Positions 57,382 to 64,000 of a stretch of DNA of 64,000 nt are shown piece by piece. Position 1 is the stretch's first letter, and each line of letters starts with the position of its first letter. Under the pieces are notes generated by a model. The model saw nothing but the letters and a program-made list of their open reading frames with translations. It was not told the DNA's origin and did not search any database. The stretch is from Acidimicrobiia bacterium. Its GTDB lineage: Bacteria; Acidobacteriota; Vicinamibacteria; Vicinamibacterales; CAVVIG01. The position numbers were made by a program, and so were the translations under genes. The stretch is from the NCBI GenBank assembly GCA_016871175.1, contig VFZL01000001.1, positions 128,218-192,217 of the forward strand. The letters run 5' to 3'.

Positions 57382-58610
57382 ATGCGCACACGTATGCCTG
57401 GCCTCATTCGACTTGGGCGACTACACGTCGTCGCCCTGATGGCGCTGCTCCTGACGGCAGTCGGTTTCTGGCAGGGTGACCCGCTGGCCCAGGAAGGGCC
57501 GATCAATTACCAGGTCGATCCGGGGTGGCCGAAACCGTTGCCCGCGCCGAAGGATGCGTCCGGCCAGACCCACCAGTGGATCACCGGCGACGTGGGCGCG
57601 AACTGTGTCGACGCGCGCGATCACATGGTCATCGTCACACGCGGGTTTCAGCGGGCTGGCGTGAGCACGACGGATGGGACGCAGTCCGTGGCGTCGCCAC
57701 CTGTGCTCCAGTTCGACGCGGATGGCACCCTGGTCCGCAGCTGGGGTGATCCGACGCTCGGACCCACGGGCGTCGCGACCGCCCTTCCCAATGCGATCCA
57801 TGTCTGCTTCGTGGACTACGAGGACCACGTGTGGATTGGCGGCAACGGCGACGGTGTCCTGCAAAAGTACTCGAAGGAGGGCACGTTGCTCCTGCAAATC
57901 GGCGAGAAGGGCAACTGCGACGGCGTCGAGCCCGCGCCGCCGCCACCGGCAGGGAAGTCGTGGTTCGGCCGGCCCAATCGCTTCTACCCGACGTGCGCGG
58001 AGCCGGGCACGAACACGAGCCAGACGAAACTCAATGGCGTTGCCGACATGTTCATCGATCCGGAGCCGGATCCGGTGACCGGTCAACGCGGGTCGGTCTA
58101 CGTCGCTGACGGCTACGGCAACAACCGCGTGGCGGTGTTCGACGCAAGAGGACGGTATCTCCGGCAGTGGGGCACCGCAGGGGACGGTCCCGGGCAGTAC
58201 AGCGTCTATGGCGGCGGCCACCCGCACTGCGTCGTCATCGCGAAGGACGGCCTCGTGTACACGTGCGACCGCGAGAAGGCGAGAATTCACGTGACGGACA
58301 AGCTCGGACAGTTGCAGCAGACCTTCCGCATCGATCCGCCCGATCAGAAGGCCGCCATCTGGCGCGCGACGGACATCGATTTCTCACGCGACCCGGCGCA
58401 GGCCTACATGTTCGTGATGGACCTCGGAAGTGGGAGGGTGCGGATCCTCGAGCGTAAGACTGGCCGCGAAGTGGGGAGCTTGGTCGTCCTGGCGCGATGG
58501 CTGGTGAGTTCCGCTTCGCGCACACGATTGCGGTGGACTCGAGGGAGAACGTCTACGTGGCCGAAACCTCCTCCGGTCGACGCATTCAGAAGTTCGCGCG
58601 GATCAAGTAG
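57382..58610 (+). pseudogene. Secreted NHL-repeat beta-propeller protein with a single-base frameshift near 58480-58483
   Basis: ATG 57382 has GAGGAG 4 nt upstream. Signal peptide MRTRMPGLIRLGRLHVVALMALLL. After ...TGREVGSL the NHL repeat continues one base back: GRPGAMAGEFRFAHTIAVDSRENVYVAETSSGRRIQKFARIK*, with the stop at 58608-58610. The annotated frame instead gives a low-complexity Arg/Ser tail to 58740. Confidence 0.7.
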
Positions 58611-58704
58611 GCGATCCCGCGACTCGTCGAGCTGCGCGCCCGCCGACGTGCCGGTGTCCGGCCGAGGTCGCTATCAGGTCTGCTCGTCGCGGATGATCGA
58701 GCCT

Positions 58705-59670
58705 TCAACGTCCACTGGGCTCGGAGGCGCCTTCAGCTGATGGCCGTCGCGCGGGGCCGACGGGATCGGTCGGGGCGATGTAGCCACTGCGCGCGCGAAT
58801 CTTGTAGTCGCGGTCCTTGACGCGCACGCGGATACTGTGGAACTTGCCGTCCGTTCCATGAGACGACGTGTAGCCGAGGAGGTACTGGTGGCTCAACTCG
58901 TCCGCGATGCGGGCCGCGGCGCTCTCCAGTTCCGCCGTTGACTGGACCACCTCGGTGCGGCCGCCGCTTTGGTCAGTAATCTCGCGAAGCGTCTGCGGAT
59001 TCACCCGCGCATTGATCGCGCGCTGCGGCCTGGCGTCGATCGCGATTGCATAGATGAAGGCGTCAGAGCGGAGCAGGGCGTTGCGCACATCGCGCGGCGA
59101 GGCATCCGACGCCGTATCGGCGCCATCCGAGACGATCACGAGTGCGGCGCGTTGACGATTCCGGCGTGCCACCAGCGGCAAACCCGCGACGACCGCGTCG
59201 TACGCCGCCGTGGCGCCGCTCGGCTTGATCGCATCGAGCGCACGACGGACCTCGAACGGATTTGCGGTCCACTCAGTGAGCAAGTGCGGAGCGTGGTTGA
59301 ACGCGAGGATGAAGAACTCATCCTGTCGATCCAGCAACTCGAAGAGAAATCGGTCGATCGCGCCCCGTGCCTCCTCCAAGCGCGGTCCGAACATGCTGTC
59401 GCTCGTGTCGAGCAGCAACCCAAGGCTGACCGGAACGCGTCCACCGACGAACTGCGACACGACCTGAGGGACGCCGTCCTCGTAGACCTCGAAATCGTCC
59501 CGTCCGAGCCCGGTGACGAGGGCGCCGTTGGTGTCGAGCACCGTGACGTTCACACTCGTGAGGTCGACGCTCGACCGGAAGGGGCGCTTGTCTCGCAGGA
59601 GCACTTCCTGCGCGGCGAGCGCGGTGCCGGCAAGCAGGAAGGTCACGAGGATCGGCGCTGCCCCTTTCAT
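58705..59670 (-). CDS. Secreted VWA-domain protein (VWFA-related acidobacterial domain type), paralog of 2929..3903
   Basis: Signal peptide MKGAAPILVTFLLAGTALAAQ. SVDLTSVNVTVLDTNGALVTGLGRDDFEVYEDGVPQVV, MIDAS-like LLDTSDSM and VSDGADTAS. Confidence 0.8.
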   Translation of the reverse strand: MKGAAPILVTFLLAGTALAAQEVLLRDKRPFRSSVDLTSVNVTVLDTNGALVTGLGRDDFEVYEDGVPQVVSQFVGGRVPVSLGLLLDTSDSMFGPRLEEARGAIDRFLFELLDRQDEFFILAFNHAPHLLTEWTANPFEVRRALDAIKPSGATAAYDAVVAGLPLVARRNRQRAALVIVSDGADTASDASPRDVRNALLRSDAFIYAIAIDARPQRAINARVNPQTLREITDQSGGRTEVVQSTAELESAAARIADELSHQYLLGYTSSHGTDGKFHSIRVRVKDRDYKIRARSGYIAPTDPVGPARRPSAEGASEPSGR

Positions 59671-59679
59671 GGTGTGGTG

Positions 59680-62574
59680 CTACGGAGTGCGGGCCGGCAT
59701 CAATATGACGATAGTGTAACGGTCGAGCGGCAGGTGCGTGCGAAACGTCTCCTGAAGCACGGCCGGCGTGAGCGCGTCGATGCGCGCGTTGCGCGTGAGG
59801 ATGTCCGCGGGGTTGCCCCCGAGCATGTGAATCGCCTGCAAGCGGCCCAACCAGTACGCGTTCTGCTTCAACGAGGTCTCATAGCCCCGTCGCGCCGACT
59901 CCTTTGCCCGGGTCGTGAGGTCGGCCGACGGCCCTTCCTGCTGCAGCCGTCTGACCTCTGCGAGAACGCGGTCCGCCATGGCCTGGATGTTCTCTGGGGC
60001 TGCCCCGAAGCTCGCCTGGACGTGCCCGTCGCCCCTCTGCGGCAGCTGCTGCGACAGCCCCACTGACACCGTATAGGTTTGTCCGAGATCCTCGCGCAGC
60101 ATGTCCCGCAACGACGTCTGCAGCACCGCCGTGGCTGCGATGATGCGCTCTTGCTCCGCCGGATCGGCAGAGGGATCGGCGAAGAAGCTGATCACCGTCT
60201 GGCTGCGTGGTTCCTGCCCCTTTTCGACGATCGCGCGTTCGATGCGAGGGGGGAACGCAATCCCTACGTCCTTGAACGTGGAGCGACGCGTCCCGCTCGA
60301 CGGCAGGCTTCCGACGTACTGCGCGAGCAGCGGAATCGCGGTGTCGGGTGCAAACGTGCCCACGAGAAACACCGTGAAGTCGGCGGCGTTGCTGAAGCGC
60401 GCTTTGTAGAACGACGTCATCGCCGCGCGATCGATCGCGGCCACAGCCTCCGGCGTGAGCGGCTTCGACGTGTAGTGGTCCGAAGTGTTCAGCTGCTCGA
60501 GGCGTTCGCCGAACACCTCAACGGGGTTCCGGCCGCGGTTCGCCACCATCGCCGACAGCTGACGCTGCAGCAGCGCAAAGGCCTGCGGGTCGTCGCCCGG
60601 TGCCGTGAACTGGATGTAGAGGAGTTGCAGCGCCGTCTCGAGCTCGTTCGGAGCCGCCGAACCGTTGAATCCGTGGCTCGAGAGCGAGATGTACGGCGAG
60701 GCCGACGCGCGCCTGCCGGCGAGCAGTTTCTCGAGGTCCGTCGCTTTGATGCCGCCGGCGCCCGAGAGCCCGACGTATGAGGTCGCCATCGACGCCTCGA
60801 GAAAGTCCTCTTGGCTCGCCAGCGACGCACCGCCAGAGGCGTACATCGACAGCAGCACTTGATCGTTCTTGAAGTCGGTCGGCTTCAGCCAGGCTTCGAC
60901 ACCATTGCTGAAGGTGACGATCGTGACGCCGAGATCCGCGAGCGCGCGCGTCGATGTGACGGTGCCTGGCGTGGGTTTCTTGGCCAGGATCTCCTTGACC
61001 TCGGTGGCATCGGTCCACGCGGTGACAGGTCGCGCCTCGGCCGCGCGGATTGCGAGCCGGATTTCGTCCTCGGATGGTGGCTGCGCGCCTAGTTTCTCAG
61101 GTGCCGTCGCGAGCAGCACGCGGCTTGGTGACGCCATGCGCTCGCGGAAGCGTGCCGTGACCTCCTCGATGGAGATCCCAGGCATCGCCTGCTTGATCAG
61201 GCCGTATTCGTACTCGATGCCAGGACTGGGCTCCCCATTCAGGAAATAGGCGACGTACTCGCCGGCGTACGAGCCGCTCTCCGTCTTGGTGCGCTCGTTG
61301 TATGCGCGCTCGTAGAACGCCAACGTCGAGCGCTTCGCCCGGTCCAGCTCTCCGGCGGTGAATCCGAACTGCTCGGCTCGTTTCGCCTCGGCCACCACGG
61401 CCGACAGGCCCTCCGTCAGGCCACCTTCGGGGACACGCGCCATGAGGGTGTATGTGTCAACGCTCGGCGTGAGCCCGCCACCGCCCCCGCCGGCGCCAAG
61501 GAACGGCGCATCCGGCTTTCGTGTCAGCTCACCGAATCGCTCGTTCAGCATGCGGTCCGCCAAACGGTCGACGACCATTCGGCGGTAGTCGCGGACGAGG
61601 CGATCGGGTTCGCTGGCGCGCTTGCGCAGGAGTTGAACCGAGGTCTGGGTGATCTCTGGATCGGTGACCACGCTCACCATCAAATCGGACCCGAGCGGCA
61701 TCGTCGAATCCCTTCGCGGCGCTTCGGGCGCTCGGACGGCCAGCGGGCCGAACGACGTCCGAATCTGCGCTTCCATCTGCGCAGGATCGATGTCGCCCAC
61801 GACGATGACCGCGACGCGATCCGGTCGGTAGTACGTGTCGTAGAAGTCGCGGAGCCGCGACGCCGGCGCGGTGCGGAGGATCTCGGGCTTGCCGATCGGC
61901 AACCGCTCCGCGTAGCGCGACTTGTTGTAGAGGACCGGGATCTGCTTGTCTCGAACGCGGGTCCCGGCACCGAGTCGACCTCGCCATTCCTCGACGACGA
62001 CGCCTCGCTCCTTGTCCACCTGCTCAGGATCGAGCGTCAGGCCGCCGGCGAAATCCGCCAGCGCGACGATACCGCGTTCGAGGAGCGCCGCGTTGTCGGT
62101 CGGCAGCTCCAGCATATAGACGGTCTCTTCAAAGCTCGTGTACGCATTGACGTGCGGCCCGAGGCGCGCGCCTGCGGATTCAAAGTACGACACGAGTTCG
62201 CCCGGCTTGAAATGCGCGCTGCCGTTGAATGCCATGTGCTCGAGGAAGTGCGCGAGCCCCTGCTGATCGTCGGCCTCATCGAGCGAGCCGGCCTTCACGG
62301 CCAGACGCAGCGCCACGCGCTTGGCTGGCAGCTCATTCCGCCGGATCAAGAACGTGATCCCATTCGACAGCTTGCCGCTGCGGACCGCGCTGTCGAATGG
62401 AATGACTTCATCCGGAGCGAATGCCGGGGACGCCAGTGCTTGGACCTGCGCCTGCGCTTGGACGACGGGATGTGCCATCCAAGCGTGTCCCGCAATCCCT
62501 ATCAGACCGAACGTCAGCAACGCACCGACCAGCCGCCTCGAGACCTCACCGGCAGGGCGAGACACCAATGTCAT
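59680..62574 (-). CDS. Secreted M16-family (pitrilysin/insulinase-like) zinc peptidase, double-length (two M16 modules)
   Basis: 964 aa. Signal peptide, then zinc motif GLAHFLEHMAFNGS (HxxEH) in the first module. The second module lacks it, as is usual for such fusions. Confidence 0.92.
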   Translation of the reverse strand: MTLVSRPAGEVSRRLVGALLTFGLIGIAGHAWMAHPVVQAQAQVQALASPAFAPDEVIPFDSAVRSGKLSNGITFLIRRNELPAKRVALRLAVKAGSLDEADDQQGLAHFLEHMAFNGSAHFKPGELVSYFESAGARLGPHVNAYTSFEETVYMLELPTDNAALLERGIVALADFAGGLTLDPEQVDKERGVVVEEWRGRLGAGTRVRDKQIPVLYNKSRYAERLPIGKPEILRTAPASRLRDFYDTYYRPDRVAVIVVGDIDPAQMEAQIRTSFGPLAVRAPEAPRRDSTMPLGSDLMVSVVTDPEITQTSVQLLRKRASEPDRLVRDYRRMVVDRLADRMLNERFGELTRKPDAPFLGAGGGGGGLTPSVDTYTLMARVPEGGLTEGLSAVVAEAKRAEQFGFTAGELDRAKRSTLAFYERAYNERTKTESGSYAGEYVAYFLNGEPSPGIEYEYGLIKQAMPGISIEEVTARFRERMASPSRVLLATAPEKLGAQPPSEDEIRLAIRAAEARPVTAWTDATEVKEILAKKPTPGTVTSTRALADLGVTIVTFSNGVEAWLKPTDFKNDQVLLSMYASGGASLASQEDFLEASMATSYVGLSGAGGIKATDLEKLLAGRRASASPYISLSSHGFNGSAAPNELETALQLLYIQFTAPGDDPQAFALLQRQLSAMVANRGRNPVEVFGERLEQLNTSDHYTSKPLTPEAVAAIDRAAMTSFYKARFSNAADFTVFLVGTFAPDTAIPLLAQYVGSLPSSGTRRSTFKDVGIAFPPRIERAIVEKGQEPRSQTVISFFADPSADPAEQERIIAATAVLQTSLRDMLREDLGQTYTVSVGLSQQLPQRGDGHVQASFGAAPENIQAMADRVLAEVRRLQQEGPSADLTTRAKESARRGYETSLKQNAYWLGRLQAIHMLGGNPADILTRNARIDALTPAVLQETFRTHLPLDRYTIVILMPARTP

Positions 62575-62738
62575 AGTGGAATTATAGGTCCGACCGAGAG
62601 ATTCAACAGATGGCGTGCTGAGTCGTGAATCTCGAGTGCTGACTCGTCTGACGGGGTGGAAGGCGCGGAACCACGCAGATTAGTGGCGGTTCCGCGTGTG
62701 TGGTGTGGTCGTGTGGCGACTGGGTCGACTGATTCGGG

Positions 62739-63602
62739 CTAGTCGCGCGAGAGCGAAATGTTCACCGGGACCGTTTCCCCGCGGCGGACCTGGACTTCCG
62801 TGCTGACCGTTCGGTAGCCGTCCTTGCGCACCTCGACCTGGTGCGACCCCTCGCTCAGTTGCACGATCAGTCGCTCATCGTCACCGCCGCCCGTCCAGCG
62901 CTCGCCATCGATGAAGATGTCAGCCTCACCAGGCTGCACCCGGAGCGAGACCGTGCCGAGACGAGATGAGGTGCTCGATGGCGTCGGCTCGCGTGGCGGG
63001 GGTCCGACGCGACCGGGTCGCATGCCTCGGCGCGGCGGCGGAGGGAGCGCCTGATCGTTCGACCCTCTGCCACGGTCCGGGGCTGCGGCCGGCTCCGGCA
63101 ACGGTTCGTTCGGGTCCCCGGGCGCCAGCCGATCAAGATCGCGTGTCACCTTGCGCGAGCTGTTGACCGGCAAGTAGAGCCGTTCCCGGTGGCTTCGATA
63201 GCCGTCCTTGTAGATCACGATCTCGTGCTGGCCCGGGCTGAGACGGAGGCGCTGGAACGTTCCGTCGAACTGGTCGACATCGCCAGCGAAATAGCCGTCG
63301 ACGTAGACCTGCGCATCACGCGGCTCGATGTCGAGGCGCACGCTCGCTTGAGGTGGCGCCATGGCCCAACCTCCCCAGCCCCAGGGAGATCCCCAGCCCC
63401 ATCCGGGGCCGAACCAGGGGTCGTAAAACGGACTGTAGAAGCCGCCATAGAAGGGACGGTAGGGGGGCGGGTAGTACGCACGTGCGACGACGACCCCCGT
63501 CGGACCACGGCGGCGGGCTTGTGCGCCCGCGTCGGCCGGCCCCAGCAGGACCCCTCCGGCAACGACACCCAACGAAACACAGCGCAGGATTCTGCGGGAC
63601 AC
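62739..63602 (-). CDS. Secreted PEGA-domain protein (two PEGA modules, Pro-rich linker)
   Basis: Start assigned to GTG 63602 (GGAG 8 nt upstream; VSRRILRCVSLGVVAGGVLLGPADAGAQA). PEGA-like blocks DAQVYVDGYFAG...IYKDGYRSHRERL and EADIFIDGERWTG...VRKDGYRTVSTEV. The track ORF start at 63719 is an alternative. Confidence 0.75.
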   Translation of the reverse strand: MSRRILRCVSLGVVAGGVLLGPADAGAQARRRGPTGVVVARAYYPPPYRPFYGGFYSPFYDPWFGPGWGWGSPWGWGGWAMAPPQASVRLDIEPRDAQVYVDGYFAGDVDQFDGTFQRLRLSPGQHEIVIYKDGYRSHRERLYLPVNSSRKVTRDLDRLAPGDPNEPLPEPAAAPDRGRGSNDQALPPPPRRGMRPGRVGPPPREPTPSSTSSRLGTVSLRVQPGEADIFIDGERWTGGGDDERLIVQLSEGSHQVEVRKDGYRTVSTEVQVRRGETVPVNISLSRD

Positions 63603-63761
63603 GATCGACACTCCTGGCAGGTGGCACGTCACTCTGGAGGCAACCACTGTGCCAGGGGACCACTCGTGCGCTCTCATAAGAAACCCGCCTGACGCCGGAC
63701 CCGTTGTCGGAAGGGTCATCGGCTGGGCACACTTGAGTGTCCCGCTCAGGGGACGCCCGCC

Positions 63762-63790
63762 TTGACGCAGGTGGCTCGTAGGGGCATAGT
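63762..63790 (+). promoter_or_regulatory. Candidate sigma70-type promoter of a small right-edge transcription unit
   Basis: TTGACG (63762-63767), a 17-nt spacer, then CATAGT (63785-63790). An ATG lies 7 nt downstream at 63797, so any mRNA would be leaderless or nearly so. Confidence 0.3.
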
Positions 63791-63796
63791 GCCAAC

Positions 63797-63946
63797 ATGG
63801 GTCGAAGAAGCGCAGCGACGTGCGCCTGTTGTCCTGGGTTCTGCTTCTGGCACCGGGTGTGCTGCGTTCTCGACCGCAATCGCCTCCGTGACGCGCGCGT
63901 CACAAGACACCGAGAACGACACTCAGCAGCACCCGGGGCCCGGTAG
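63797..63946 (+). other. Small terminator-bounded unit: either a 49-codon Cys-rich ORF (MGRRSAATCACCPGFCFWHRVCCVLDRNRL...) or a small RNA
   Basis: ORF ATG 63797 to TAG 63944-63946, below the track cutoff, with no Shine-Dalgarno. It contains a perfect 16-bp palindrome (63888-63903) and is followed directly by an intrinsic terminator. Confidence 0.2.
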
Positions 63947-63978
63947 GCGAGTGGCGCTTACCGGGCTCTCTGCTTTTT
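63938..63978 (+). terminator. Intrinsic terminator (plus strand)
   Basis: 12-bp stem gcccggtaggcg (63938-63949) / cgcttaccgggc (63955-63966) with one G-U pair and a 5-nt loop. It is followed by tctctgc and TTTTTT (63973-63978). Confidence 0.7.
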
Positions 63979-64000
63979 TCGGCCACTCGTCAGCTCCAGG

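Noticed and set aside
59668-59682. Possible read-through fusion of the M16 peptidase and the downstream VWA gene (same frame, TAG plus 9 nt plus ATG)
   Set aside because: The VWA protein begins with its own complete signal peptide (MKGAAPILVTFLLAGTALAAQ), and the M16 protein ends at a normal length. The shared frame is most simply coincidence.
62666-62700. Hairpin cgcggaacc...ggttccgcg downstream of the PEGA gene as its terminator
   Set aside because: The stem is present, but on the minus strand it is not followed by a T-run. Only a weak GU-rich tract follows it on the plus strand, where no gene ends.

Overview
Very GC-rich bacterial chromosomal window. Gene content (TIGR03436-type acidobacterial VWA proteins, PEGA, TPR, Gly-rich TonB, secreted quinoproteins) suggests Acidobacteriota; that assignment is inference only. 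About 60 densely packed genes, mostly housekeeping and apparently intact. They include rnr, tatA, groES-groEL with a CIRCE-controlled promoter, purC, nrdR and pgpA-cinA-thpR-plsY-gpsA. They also include ftsY-ribD-ribE-ribBA-ffh, rpsP-KH-rimM-trmD-rplS-rnhB, thiE, polX, a nagZ-ldcA-mpl peptidoglycan-recycling block, pxpBC and murB-murA. I found no tRNA, rRNA, CRISPR array, transposase, integrase or recognisable defence genes. Four things stand out. (1) Ten coding lesions (8 in-frame stops, 2 single-base frameshifts) fall in only five accessory genes: an NtrY-like kinase and its sigma54 response regulator (one stop each), a ~705-codon TPR gene (3 stops), a PQQ-cupredoxin-cytochrome c fusion gene (3 stops plus 1 frameshift), and the adjacent NHL-repeat gene (1 frameshift). 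I found no lesions in the other genes. (2) A tightly packed four-gene operon encodes only secreted proteins: two paralogous uncharacterised proteins, a small HHAF-motif protein and a PQQ dehydrogenase. (3) A 14-bp tandem repeat (four perfect units plus one with a single mismatch) ends exactly on the mpl start codon. (4) A small promoter-to-terminator unit lies at the right edge. Many long ORFs in the supplied track are antisense shadow ORFs typical of high-GC DNA and were not called.
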